A stretch of 64,000 nt of DNA from Acidobacteriota bacterium (GCA_041178345.1 JBEGVQ010000093.1:14496-78495); one strand, 5' to 3'; counted from the stretch's first letter, positions 29,321 to 38,703 are shown. Translations and numbers: made by a program. The notes: a model not told the origin generated them from the letters alone.

Positions 29321-31021
29321 TTAGCGCGAGTAGGCCACCTTGCCGCCAACGATGGTGTAGATCGCCCGCGTCGACGGGATCTCGTCCTCGGGCACGGTCA
29401 TGATGTCTTTCGACAGCACGGTGATGTCGGCCAGCTTGCCTACCGCCAGCGAGCCCTTGAGCGCTTCTTCCTTCGCGGCGTACGCGCCGTTCCAGGTGTA
29501 GGACTTGAGCGCTTCGGCGCGCGTCATCTTCTGGTCGCCGTAGAACACCGCGCCGTCGGTGGTCTTGCGGCTGACCGAGGCGTAGAAACTCGCCATCGGG
29601 TTGATCCGTTCCACCGGGACGTCGGTGCCGTTGGCGATGATCGCGCCGCTCTTGATCAGCTTCTGCCACACGTAGGCGCCTTCTTCCGCGCGCCCGGCGC
29701 CCAGCCGCGCCGGCACATACGGCGCGTCCGAGGTGGCGTGAATGCCCTGCATCACCGGGATCACGCCAAGCTGGCCAAAGCGCGGGATGTCGGCCGCGCT
29801 GATGTGCTGGGCGTGCTCGACGCGCCAGCGCAGGTCCTTCTGGTTCGGCCGCGACTTGAAGGCGCGCTCGTAGACATTGAGCACTTCGCGATTGGCGCGA
29901 TCGCCAATCGCGTGCACGCACAGCTGCACGTCGTGTTCGAGCGCGATCTGCGACGTCTCGGCGATGCTCTCGGGCGAGTTGGTCGGCAGCCCGACGCTCG
30001 CCGGCGAATCGCTGTACGGCGCGAGCATCCAGGCGCCGCGCGAACCAAGCGCGCCGTCGGCGGTGACCTTGATCGCGGCGATCGTCAGGTGGTGGTTGTT
30101 GAGGCCCACGGCGCGGTATTGCCCGAGCTTCGCGCGCAGGTTGTCGTTGCTGTCGCGCACCATCACCCACAACCGGATGCCCAGCGCGCCCTCGGACGCG
30201 GCTTGCTTGAGGAGATCGATGGTGGTGAAGTTCGCGCCGGCATCCTGGAAGCTCGTGATGCCGTGCTCGAGGCTGCCCTGCACCGCCAGCTGGATCTGCC
30301 GGCGCGCATCGGCGTCGCGTTCCGCGGCGGTCCTGGCGGAGCGCCACTGCTCGAGGGCGCCGCCAACGAGGCCCGACGCGGTTTCGCGCAACAGCCCGGT
30401 GGGACGGCCGGCCGCGTCCTTCAGGATCTCGCCGCCGCTCGGATTCATGGTTGCGCGCGTCAGGCCCGCGGCCGCCATGGCGTTCGCATTCACGAAGCTG
30501 GCGTGGCCGCTGGCATGCGTCAGCATCACCGGGTTGTTCGGTGAGACCTTGCTCAGCGCATCGTGGAGCGGAAAGCCTTCGACGTTCGGCTGCGGCACGC
30601 TCGCCCACTTCTCCTGGTGCCAGCCGCGCCCGAGAATCCAATCGCCCGGCTTCGCCTGCTTCGCGGCCTCGGCGACCATCGACACGATCTGGTCCCAGTC
30701 CCTGACGTCCATCAGGTCGAGCGTCATTTTCGACAGGCCGAAGCCCATGAAGTGGCCGTGGCTCTCGACCAGCCCGGGAATGGCCAGCTGGCCGCGCAGG
30801 TCGATGACCTGCGTGGCGGGGCCGACATACTGCTCGATGGCCTGGTTGGTGCCAACCGCGACAATGCGATCGCCACGGACGGCAATCGCCTGCGCCTCGG
30901 GCAGCGCGGCCTCGACGGTCACGATTTTACCGTTCTGCAGCACCAGGGCGGCCGGAGCGGGCCGACTCTGCCCGGAAAGGACCACGGTCGACACGGCCAA
31001 CAGGACGGCTAGATGTTTCAC
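29321..31021 (-). CDS. secreted amidohydrolase-family metallohydrolase (Amidohydro_3-like)
   Basis: Signal peptide, GLVESHGHF metal site, ..WRVEHAQH.., ..NGTDVPVE.. Confidence 0.85.
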   Translation of the reverse strand: MKHLAVLLAVSTVVLSGQSRPAPAALVLQNGKIVTVEAALPEAQAIAVRGDRIVAVGTNQAIEQYVGPATQVIDLRGQLAIPGLVESHGHFMGFGLSKMTLDLMDVRDWDQIVSMVAEAAKQAKPGDWILGRGWHQEKWASVPQPNVEGFPLHDALSKVSPNNPVMLTHASGHASFVNANAMAAAGLTRATMNPSGGEILKDAAGRPTGLLRETASGLVGGALEQWRSARTAAERDADARRQIQLAVQGSLEHGITSFQDAGANFTTIDLLKQAASEGALGIRLWVMVRDSNDNLRAKLGQYRAVGLNNHHLTIAAIKVTADGALGSRGAWMLAPYSDSPASVGLPTNSPESIAETSQIALEHDVQLCVHAIGDRANREVLNVYERAFKSRPNQKDLRWRVEHAQHISAADIPRFGQLGVIPVMQGIHATSDAPYVPARLGAGRAEEGAYVWQKLIKSGAIIANGTDVPVERINPMASFYASVSRKTTDGAVFYGDQKMTRAEALKSYTWNGAYAAKEEALKGSLAVGKLADITVLSKDIMTVPEDEIPSTRAIYTIVGGKVAYSR

Positions 31022-31079
31022 AACTGCTCCGAATCTGGTTCAGGTGAGGGTGCGATCAGTCTTCATGATAATGGAAAAA

Positions 31080-31095
31080 ATGACCGGCCAGTCAT
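31080..31095. promoter_or_regulatory. ATGAC-N6-GTCAT variant palindrome
   Basis: ATGACCGGCCAGTCAT, 10 nt upstream of copy 2. The spacing differs, so it is weaker. Confidence 0.3.
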
Positions 31096-31104
31096 CGAGG
31101 GCGT

Positions 31105-31120
31105 TATGACGGCGGTCATA
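31105..31120. promoter_or_regulatory. TATGAC-N4-GTCATA palindrome, copy 2
   Basis: TATGACGGCGGTCATA followed by CCC. Lies in the divergent region between the amidohydrolase and fasciclin genes, centred about 57 nt before the fasciclin ATG. Confidence 0.55.
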
Positions 31121-31169
31121 CCCAACGCCCTGCACATGACCTAGCGTGACGTGCTGAAGGAGGCGAGCC

Positions 31170-31664
31170 ATGAGGCAGCCACTGTCACGTACGAGTGCCG
31201 CTCTCGGAACCGCGGCCCTGATCGCCCTGCTGGTTCTCGTCCCCGTCCGCGCGCAAGGCACCAAGGACATCGTCGATGTCGCGGTCGCCGCCGGCTCGTT
31301 CAAGACGCTGGTCGCCGCCGTCCAGGCGGCCAACCTGGTGGACGTGCTCAAGCGGCCGGGACCGCTCACCGTGCTCGCCCCGACCGACGAGGCGTTCGCG
31401 AAGATCCCCAAGGCCGACCTTGATGCGCTGATGAAGGACAAGGTCAAACTGGCGGCCGTGCTGCAGTACCACGTGCTCGTCGGCAACGTCAGCGCCGCCG
31501 ACCTGAAAATGATGAAGGACTTCGGCACGGCGCAGGGCCAGCGCGTCCAGATTTCGAGCGTCGGCGCGGCACTCAAGATCAACCACGCCACCATCATCAA
31601 GGCCGACATCTCCGCCAGTAATGGCGTGATTCACGTCATCGACTCGGTGCTGCTGCCTAAGTAG
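31170..31664 (+). CDS. fasciclin (FAS1) domain protein, secreted
   Basis: ..DIVDVAVAAGSFKTLVAAVQAANLVDVL..LTVLAPTDEAFAK..NGVIHVIDSVLLP. Confidence 0.92.
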   Translation: MRQPLSRTSAALGTAALIALLVLVPVRAQGTKDIVDVAVAAGSFKTLVAAVQAANLVDVLKRPGPLTVLAPTDEAFAKIPKADLDALMKDKVKLAAVLQYHVLVGNVSAADLKMMKDFGTAQGQRVQISSVGAALKINHATIIKADISASNGVIHVIDSVLLPK

Positions 31665-31695
31665 CGGCAATCGCGATCGCGGCAAGTCCGCTGGA

Positions 31696-31711
31696 TATGA
31701 CGCCGGTCATA
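31696..31711. promoter_or_regulatory. TATGAC-N4-GTCATA palindrome, copy 3 (nos operon promoter region)
   Basis: TATGACGCCGGTCATA followed by CCC; 18 of 20 identical to copy 2 with flanks. Centred about 50 nt before ATG 31754. Confidence 0.6.
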
Positions 31712-31753
31712 CCCCCCTGCGACGGAATGCCGCACTCTGCGCAAGAGGGGTGA

Positions 31754-33706
31754 ATGGGCATTCGCACGGCGTTGCCGGATCTCGCGCACTGGAAGGCCCA
31801 GGTCAAGTGCCAGGCCGGATGTCCCGTGGCCACCGACGCCGGCCGCTATGTCCAGCTGATCGCCGACGGCCGGCCTGAAGAAGCCTTCCTGGTGGCGCGC
31901 GCGCCCAACCCGTTTGCCTCTGTGTGCGGCCGCGTCTGCGCCGCTCCGTGCGAAGACGCGTGCCGCCGCGGCGTGATCGACGCGCCGGTGTCCATTCGCG
32001 CCCTCAAGCGGCACGTCACCGAGCAGTTCGGCGTCGAGTCGATCCGGCCCGACACCCAGGCGCAACTGCTCACCACCGATACCCACGAGGGCAACCGTTA
32101 CACCGGCCACTTGCCGCTGCCGTTCTACCGGTCGGCCGAGGCCGTTGCGGCCGGCACGGCCCCTCGTTCGGGCCCGCGCCGCCGCATCGCGGTGATTGGC
32201 GCCGGGCCGGCGGGCATGGCGGCCGCGCACGACCTGGCGCTGCTCAATTACGACGTGACGGTGTTCGAGGCCGCCGCCGAGCCGGGTGGCATGATGCGGT
32301 TCGGCATTCCCGAATACCGGCTGCCCCGCACGCTGCTGCGCGCCGAGATCGACCGCATCGTCTCGCTCGGCGTGGACCTGCGGCTGAACACGCCGCTCTC
32401 GGCCGAGTTCGGCGTCGCCCAGCTGCGCGCGCAGGGCTTCGAGGCCGTGTTCCTGTCGGTGGGCGTGTCGCGTGGCCGCGACCTGCAGGCGCCAGGTGTT
32501 GAACTCGATGGCGTCATCAAGGCGGTGGACTACCTGCTCAACGTCAACCGCGGCTACCGCCTGGATCTTGGCCGCAAGGTGGTGGTCATCGGCGGCGGCT
32601 TCGTCGCCTTCGATGCGGCCCGCACCGCCCTGCGCGCCGGCCGCGACGAAGCGGCGCCCGCCGATCACGCCGAAACCGATGCGCGCGTGAAGGAAGCGCT
32701 GGATTCGGCGCGCGCCGCCATCCGCGGTGGCGCCACCGAAGTCACGGTGGTGTCACTCGAAGACTTCTCGGAGATGCCGGTGCTGCGCACCACGCAGGGC
32801 CACGAGGAGTTCGAGGAAGCCAAGCGCGAGGGCGTGCGGTTCATTACCCGCCGCGGCCCCAAGGAATTCAAGGGGACGTCTCACCTCGAGACCATTGCCC
32901 TGCGCGCCGTCACCTCGGTGTTCGACGCCAATGGCCGATTCGCCCCGCAGTTCGTGGATGAAGACATTCTCGATCTCGAGGCCGACACCTGCATTCTCGC
33001 GATCGGGCAGAACGCCGACCTGTCGTTCCTCACTGACGCCGACGGCGTGGCCCTGACGCCCGGCGGCACGATCAAGATCGATCCGCTCACGCTGGCCACA
33101 TCGGCACCCGGCCTCTACGCCGGTGGCGATGTCGCCTTCGGCCCCCGCAACCTGATCGAGGCGGTCGCCAACGGCAAGCGCGCCGCGCGCTCGATCCACG
33201 AATTCCTGGCGGGCCAGGAGGCCCGCATCGAAACGCACCTCGAGGTTGAAGCGCTCGTCACGTCGCGTTACCGGATGGTAGCGGGCTTCGAGCGCTTCGA
33301 CCGCGAGGCGCCTCCCACGCTCGACGTCGGGCGCCGCACCGGCATCACCGAGGTCGAAACCGGCTACGACGCCGCGGCCGCGCGCACGCAGGCGGCGCGG
33401 TGCCTGGTGTGCCACGTGCAGACCATCTACGACCCGGAACAGTGCGTGCTGTGCAACCGCTGTGTCGATATCTGTCCGGAGTACTGCCTGGCGTTCGTGC
33501 CGATCGACGCGCTCGACCTGCCAGCCGCGGAACGGGCCGCCGTCGAAGAGCGGGCGCAAGCCGGCGGCTTTCCGCTCGCCGCGTTGATCAAGGACGACGA
33601 CCGCTGCATCCGTTGCGGCCTGTGCGCCATCCGGTGCCCGACCGAGGCCATGACGATGGAGCGCTTCACCATCACCGAACGCTGGAACGGGAGTACGGCG
33701 TCATGA
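31754..33706 (+). CDS. GltD-like NAD(P)H-dependent FAD/FeS oxidoreductase with a C-terminal 2x[4Fe-4S] ferredoxin domain
   Basis: N-terminal Cys cluster (CQAGCP..CGRVCAAPCEDAC), dinucleotide folds IAVIGAGPAGMAAA and VVVIGGGFVAFDAA, then CVLCNRCVDICP and CIRCGLCAIRCP. Its stop overlaps the next start (ATGA). Confidence 0.85.
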   Translation: MGIRTALPDLAHWKAQVKCQAGCPVATDAGRYVQLIADGRPEEAFLVARAPNPFASVCGRVCAAPCEDACRRGVIDAPVSIRALKRHVTEQFGVESIRPDTQAQLLTTDTHEGNRYTGHLPLPFYRSAEAVAAGTAPRSGPRRRIAVIGAGPAGMAAAHDLALLNYDVTVFEAAAEPGGMMRFGIPEYRLPRTLLRAEIDRIVSLGVDLRLNTPLSAEFGVAQLRAQGFEAVFLSVGVSRGRDLQAPGVELDGVIKAVDYLLNVNRGYRLDLGRKVVVIGGGFVAFDAARTALRAGRDEAAPADHAETDARVKEALDSARAAIRGGATEVTVVSLEDFSEMPVLRTTQGHEEFEEAKREGVRFITRRGPKEFKGTSHLETIALRAVTSVFDANGRFAPQFVDEDILDLEADTCILAIGQNADLSFLTDADGVALTPGGTIKIDPLTLATSAPGLYAGGDVAFGPRNLIEAVANGKRAARSIHEFLAGQEARIETHLEVEALVTSRYRMVAGFERFDREAPPTLDVGRRTGITEVETGYDAAAARTQAARCLVCHVQTIYDPEQCVLCNRCVDICPEYCLAFVPIDALDLPAAERAAVEERAQAGGFPLAALIKDDDRCIRCGLCAIRCPTEAMTMERFTITERWNGSTAS

Positions 33707-34218
33707 GCGATGACAAGAAACCAACCGATCGACGCGACTTTCTGCTCAAGCTAGGCGCCGGCGCGGGCGTGGCCGCCATCACCGTCCAGGCCGGGGCGTC
33801 GCTGCGCTCGCTCGTGCCGAACGTGTCGTACGACGCGCCGACCACCGTGAAGCTCGGTCCACCGTCCGACTTCCCCGATGGCCTCAAGTTCCTCCCGGAC
33901 GAACGCGTGCTCGTGTTCCGCGAAGGCAACACGTTCCACGCTATTTCGGCCGTCTGCACGCACCTCGGATGCACCGTCCGGGCGGAGGCGTTGGCTTCCC
34001 CCCAATCCGTCGACGCCGGCGGTGCCTCCATCCGCCTGACCCATCGCTTCCTCTGTCCGTGTCACGGCTCTGAATACAAGGGCGACGGCACCAACGTGTC
34101 CGGCCCCGCGCCGAAGCCGCTGGCCTGGTACCGCCTGCTGCTCGCGCCCGACGATGGGCAACTGGTGATTGACCTCGCGGACGAAGTGGGCCGCGACTTC
34201 CGCCTGACGGTGGGGTGA
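33703..34218 (+). CDS. Rieske [2Fe-2S] protein with a Tat signal
   Basis: DRRDFLLKLGAGAG Tat motif. CTHLGCTV..CPCHGSEY with an insertion between the boxes. Confidence 0.9.
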   Translation: MSDDKKPTDRRDFLLKLGAGAGVAAITVQAGASLRSLVPNVSYDAPTTVKLGPPSDFPDGLKFLPDERVLVFREGNTFHAISAVCTHLGCTVRAEALASPQSVDAGGASIRLTHRFLCPCHGSEYKGDGTNVSGPAPKPLAWYRLLLAPDDGQLVIDLADEVGRDFRLTVG

Positions 34219-35567
34219 CTGTGATGCGCCTGCCCTCCTTGACCCGCACCAAGCCCGAGGCTCCCAACGTGCATGCGGAGCCGCTGTGGAGTTTGCGCCC
34301 CCAGTCGGACCGTGAAGCCGGCGATGCGGTGGTGTCGAACTTCATGCTGCACTGGTTCCCCGCCAAGATCAGCAAGGCGTCGATGGCGTGGAACTACTCG
34401 TTCTGGCTCGGCACCATTTCCGGGGCGCTCTTCTTCCTGACGATTCTGTCGGGCCTGCCGCTGCTGTTTCTCTACGTGCCGTCGGTGGAGCGCGCCTACC
34501 AGTCGGTCAAGGACATCGAGTTCGTGATCACGTTCGGTTCGTGGATTCGCGCGGTGCACCGCATCTCGGCGCACCTGATGGTGATCGTCGTCGCCTTGCA
34601 CCTGGTCCGCGTGTTCCTGACCGGCGCCTACAAGAACGGCGTCGGCCGCGGGCAGCAGCGCGAAATCAACTGGGTGATCGGCGTCGTGATGTTCCTCACC
34701 ACGCTGTTCCTCTCGTTCACCGGTTACCTGCTGCCCTGGGACCAACTGGCCTTCTGGGCGGTTACGGTCGGCACCAACATCGCCTCCTCCATTCCCGCGA
34801 TTGGCCCGGCCGTCCGCGAACTGATGATCGGCGGCCGCAACATCGACCAGGCGACGCTGATCCGCTTCTACGTGTTGCACGTCGTCTTCCTGCCCGGCCT
34901 GCTGGCGGTGCTGTTCGCGTATCACATGTGGCGCGTGCGCAAGGACGGCGGCCTGGCCCGCGCCGACCACGAGACCGTGCTGGAAGAGCTGCGCACCACC
35001 GAGGTGGTGCCGACCAAGACCTACACCTTGCTGGGCGTCGCCCGCGGCACGGCGCCGACGGTGACGGCGCGGACGCTCGAGGCGGCCAACACCACCGTCA
35101 ACGCCGTGCCGGACCTGACGCGCCGCGCGCTGATTGCCGTCCTCGGCACCATTGCCGTCGTCAGCATCATGTCGGTGTTCATCGCCTCGCCGCTCGAGGA
35201 GCCGGCCAACGCGCTGATCACGCCCAACCCGGCGAAGGCGCCGTGGTACTTCCTGTGGCTCCAGGAAATCGTCACCGACACCACCATTCGGATCGGTTCG
35301 TTCACGCTGAACGGGGCGTTCGTGGGCGGCGTGATCCTGCCCGGGCTGCTGGTCGGACTCATGACCTTCTGGCCGTGGCTCGATCGTTCGTCCCATCTGG
35401 CGGCCGGCGTCTGGCTGCCGCGCGACCGCCGCCGGCAGAACATCGTGTTCCTGCTGATCGTGCTGTTCGTGCTGGTGCTGACGTTCGTCGGCATGGTCCT
35501 GCGCGGGCCGTATTGGTACTTCTACTGGCCGTGGGAGGCCTGGCCCGAGATTCCCGGAAGGATCTGA
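34215..35567 (+). CDS. cytochrome b subunit (long form, 450 aa)
   Basis: GTGA overlap with the Rieske stop. Typical b-type helices with His pairs; APWYFLWLQE motif. Confidence 0.9.
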   Translation: MTVMRLPSLTRTKPEAPNVHAEPLWSLRPQSDREAGDAVVSNFMLHWFPAKISKASMAWNYSFWLGTISGALFFLTILSGLPLLFLYVPSVERAYQSVKDIEFVITFGSWIRAVHRISAHLMVIVVALHLVRVFLTGAYKNGVGRGQQREINWVIGVVMFLTTLFLSFTGYLLPWDQLAFWAVTVGTNIASSIPAIGPAVRELMIGGRNIDQATLIRFYVLHVVFLPGLLAVLFAYHMWRVRKDGGLARADHETVLEELRTTEVVPTKTYTLLGVARGTAPTVTARTLEAANTTVNAVPDLTRRALIAVLGTIAVVSIMSVFIASPLEEPANALITPNPAKAPWYFLWLQEIVTDTTIRIGSFTLNGAFVGGVILPGLLVGLMTFWPWLDRSSHLAAGVWLPRDRRRQNIVFLLIVLFVLVLTFVGMVLRGPYWYFYWPWEAWPEIPGRI

Positions 35568-35568
35568 G

Positions 35569-36792
35569 ATGGAGAACCGCACCTCATCTCCGTATCCGCG
35601 GATCGACCGGTTGGTGCTGGCGCTCGTCGGCGTCACGCTGGTAATCGGCACCGCGCTGTTCATGTGGAGCGACCGCGCCCACGACTGGCGCTACTACCAG
35701 GCCGAGTTCCGGCGGATGGTGGCCGAGAAGTTTGGGGATGACAAGGCGGCGCTTCTCCCGTCGGGCGTGCGGCAGGTCTGGGCGGCCGAGCTGGCGCGCG
35801 CCGATCGCTGCATCACCTGCCACGAGGCGATCGCCTACAAGGGCTTCGAGGAGGCCGAGCATCCCTACCGCACGCATCCGCTCGAACCCCTGCAGCTTCA
35901 CCCGGTCGAAGCTTACGGCTGCACCTCGTGCCACGGCGGCCAGGGCTGGGCCATCGACACGGCGGCGGCGCACGGCGAGGTCGCGCACTGGGAGGAGCCG
36001 CTGCTGAGCCGGACCTTGGGCGAGGAATACACGCTCGCCGGCAACAAGAACGCGTTGATGCAGATGAACTGCAACACCTGCCACCGCTACGACCGCGAGA
36101 CCAAGGGCGCCGAGGCCATCAACCTGGCCAAGCGGCTGATCAACGACAAGGGCTGCCGGGCCTGTCACGTGATCAACGGGTTCGGCGGCACGATTGGCCC
36201 CGACCTCACGACCGTCGGCGAGAAGGCGCCCGAACAGTACGACATGAGCCGGTTGTCGGGCCAGCGCACCGCGTTTGCGTGGCACATGGCGCACTTCAAG
36301 GACCCGCGCGCGCTCAGCGAGGGCACCGTCATGCCGAACTTCAACTTCAGCACCGAACAGGCGCAGGCGCTGTCGATGCTGATGCTGTCGTGGCGGCGGC
36401 ACGAGGTGCCGGCGCGGTTTGTCTCGGGCGCGCCCCGCACGGACCCCCGCAGCGCCGAGGAGCTGAAGGCCGAGGCGGACATGCGGACCGGCCCTGGCGG
36501 GTGGTTCGTGCAGACCGGTTGTTTCGTGTGCCACTCGATCTCGGCGCTCGGGGTCAGGAGCCCGGCGCAGATCGGGCCCGACCTGTCGAATGCCGTCGAG
36601 GACGTGCAAAGCCGGTTCGGCGTGACGATCGACGCGTTCATCGCCAACCCCACCGGCACGATGAGCGTGGTGCTGTCGCGCCAGATCATCCTGACACCCG
36701 AGCAGAAGGAAGTGGCGATCCAGAAGTTGCGCGAGGCGTTTGCGGAGTACCAGCGCCAGCGTGAAACGGCCGCGGCCGCGATTTCCAAATAG
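35569..36792 (+). CDS. membrane-anchored pentaheme c-type cytochrome
   Basis: N-terminal TM helix. CITCH, CTSCH, CNTCH, CRACH, CFVCH. Starts 1 nt after the cyt b stop. Confidence 0.85.
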   Translation: MENRTSSPYPRIDRLVLALVGVTLVIGTALFMWSDRAHDWRYYQAEFRRMVAEKFGDDKAALLPSGVRQVWAAELARADRCITCHEAIAYKGFEEAEHPYRTHPLEPLQLHPVEAYGCTSCHGGQGWAIDTAAAHGEVAHWEEPLLSRTLGEEYTLAGNKNALMQMNCNTCHRYDRETKGAEAINLAKRLINDKGCRACHVINGFGGTIGPDLTTVGEKAPEQYDMSRLSGQRTAFAWHMAHFKDPRALSEGTVMPNFNFSTEQAQALSMLMLSWRRHEVPARFVSGAPRTDPRSAEELKAEADMRTGPGGWFVQTGCFVCHSISALGVRSPAQIGPDLSNAVEDVQSRFGVTIDAFIANPTGTMSVVLSRQIILTPEQKEVAIQKLREAFAEYQRQRETAAAAISK

Positions 36793-36807
36793 TGAGGAGG
36801 CAGTCTT

Positions 36808-38661
36808 ATGGACCGAACGAATCGTGTGGCGTGGTCGAGGGCATCCGCCCTGTTGGTGCTGGCGCTCGTCGCCAGCCAGTGCACGCCGAGCCAGCCCGCC
36901 TCGCGGCGCGGCGGCAGCGGCGTGCAGTCGGACGCCGCCGTGGCGGCGCTCAAGACCTACGTGGCCCCGGGTGACCTCGACGAGTACTACATGTTCTCGT
37001 CGGGCGGGCATTCCGGCCAGATTTACGTCTACGGATTGCCCTCGATGCGGCACCTCTCGACCATCCCCGTCTACACCCCCTACCCGGCGACCGGCTACGG
37101 TTTCGATGATGACAGCAAGAAGATGCTGGGCGACCTGACGTGGGGTGACGCGCATCACCCGGCGCTGTCGGAAACCAAGGGCGACTACGACGGCCGCTGG
37201 CTGTTCATCAACGAGATGAACGGGCGCATTGCCCGCATCGATCTGCGCGACTTCAAGACCAAGCAGATCCTGGGGCCGGTGCCGAACCTGCATGGCAACC
37301 ACGCCTCGTCGTTCGTCACCCCGAACACCGAGTACGCGATGATGGCCACCCGCTTCTCCCGGCCCGTGCCGAACCGGGTCGTCGGCATCGACAAGTACGC
37401 GACCGAGTACAAGGGCATCATCGCCGGCGTCAAGATCGAACCGGCCTCGGGCGAGATGTCGCTGGCGTGGCAGATCCTGATGCCGCCGTTCGACTACGAC
37501 CTGGGCGACGCCGGCAAGCTGGCGTCCGACGGCTGGATGTTCTTCACCTCGTACAACACCGAGCGGGCCACCGGCAAGCTCGAGGTCACCGCCTCGCAAC
37601 GCGACCAGGACTACATTGCCGCGGTTGACTGGCGCGCCGCGGAGAAGGCGATCGCCGAGGGCAAGTTCGACACCATCGGCGGCGTCAAGGTGATCGACCC
37701 CAAGAAGGTGCCCGGCATCGTCTACCTGCTGCCCTGCGGCAAGTCGCCGCACGGCGTCGACGTCTCGCCCGACGGCAAGTGGATCATCGGCTCGGGCAAG
37801 CTCCAGGGCGTCACCACCGCGTTCAACTTCGAGAAGATCCAGACCGCGATTCGCAACAAGGACTTCATCGGCGAAGAAGACGGCATCCCGGTGCTGAAGT
37901 ACGAGTCGATCAAGGACGCCGAGGTCGCGGTCGGCCTGGGCCCGCTGCACACGCAGTTCGGCCCCGATGGCTGGGCCTACACCTCGCTGTTCGTCGACAG
38001 CGCGATCGCGAAATGGAAGCTCGGCACGTGGGAAGTCGTCGACAAGGCGCCGATGTCGTACTCGATCGGCCACCTGGCCGCGGCCGAAGGCGACACCGTC
38101 AGCCCTGACGGCAACTACCTGGTCGGCCTCAACAAGCTGTCGCACGGCCGCCACCTGAGCGTCGGGCCGTCGCAGCCCGAGTCGTCACAGCTGCTCGACA
38201 TCACCGAAGAGAAGATGAAGCTGCTCTACGACGCCTTCACCGAACCCGAGCCGCACTACGCGCAGATCATCAAGGCCGACAAGATCAAGGCCATCGAGGT
38301 CTATCCGAAAGAGGAAAACAAGCACCCCATGGCGGTGTGGGATCTCAAGGACGCCGGGGTGACCCGCAATGGCAAGAACGTGCTGGTCAAGATGATCGCC
38401 GTGCGCTCGACGCTGACGCCGACCTCGTTCGAGGTGACCGCGGGCGACCAGGTCACGGTGGCCGTGACCAACATCGAGCAGACCACCGACGAACTGCACG
38501 GCTTCGGGCTGCTCGACTACAACATCAACCTGGTCATCGACCCGGGTGAAACCAAGACCGTCACCTTCACCGCGAAGAAGAGCGGCGTGTTCGCCTACTA
38601 CTGCACCAACTTCTGTTCGGCGCTTCACCAGGAGATGCAGGGCTACATGATCGTCAAGTGA
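36808..38661 (+). CDS. nosZ: nitrous oxide reductase, clade II (Sec-type) form
   Basis: GDAHHP CuZ region, beta-propeller body, C-terminal CuA site YYCTNFCSALHQEMQGYM. The N-terminal signal has no twin-arginine motif. nosB follows. Confidence 0.95.
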   Translation: MDRTNRVAWSRASALLVLALVASQCTPSQPASRRGGSGVQSDAAVAALKTYVAPGDLDEYYMFSSGGHSGQIYVYGLPSMRHLSTIPVYTPYPATGYGFDDDSKKMLGDLTWGDAHHPALSETKGDYDGRWLFINEMNGRIARIDLRDFKTKQILGPVPNLHGNHASSFVTPNTEYAMMATRFSRPVPNRVVGIDKYATEYKGIIAGVKIEPASGEMSLAWQILMPPFDYDLGDAGKLASDGWMFFTSYNTERATGKLEVTASQRDQDYIAAVDWRAAEKAIAEGKFDTIGGVKVIDPKKVPGIVYLLPCGKSPHGVDVSPDGKWIIGSGKLQGVTTAFNFEKIQTAIRNKDFIGEEDGIPVLKYESIKDAEVAVGLGPLHTQFGPDGWAYTSLFVDSAIAKWKLGTWEVVDKAPMSYSIGHLAAAEGDTVSPDGNYLVGLNKLSHGRHLSVGPSQPESSQLLDITEEKMKLLYDAFTEPEPHYAQIIKADKIKAIEVYPKEENKHPMAVWDLKDAGVTRNGKNVLVKMIAVRSTLTPTSFEVTAGDQVTVAVTNIEQTTDELHGFGLLDYNINLVIDPGETKTVTFTAKKSGVFAYYCTNFCSALHQEMQGYMIVK

Positions 38662-38703
38662 TTTGAGCGGTGACAGTTGAAGAGTTGACAGTTGGCAGTT
38701 TAG

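Noticed and set aside
35584-38154. Very long ORFs antisense to or out of frame with recognisable genes. Examples: 35584..38154 (-), 4232..5854 (+), 12152..13507 (-), 21669..23159 (+), 27460..28854 (+), 50013..51536 (+), 52591..54333 (-).
   Set aside because: Their translations are Arg/Gly/Ala/Pro-rich low-complexity strings with no motifs. They overlap genes with clear family signatures. This is the typical stop-codon-poor artefact of GC-rich DNA.
38671-38700. Direct repeats TGACAGTTG (twice) plus GCAGTT, and a TTGACA hexamer, between nosZ and nosB.
   Set aside because: They are short, with no matching -10 at proper spacing and no similar element elsewhere in the window. Possibly an internal promoter or processing site, but unsupported.
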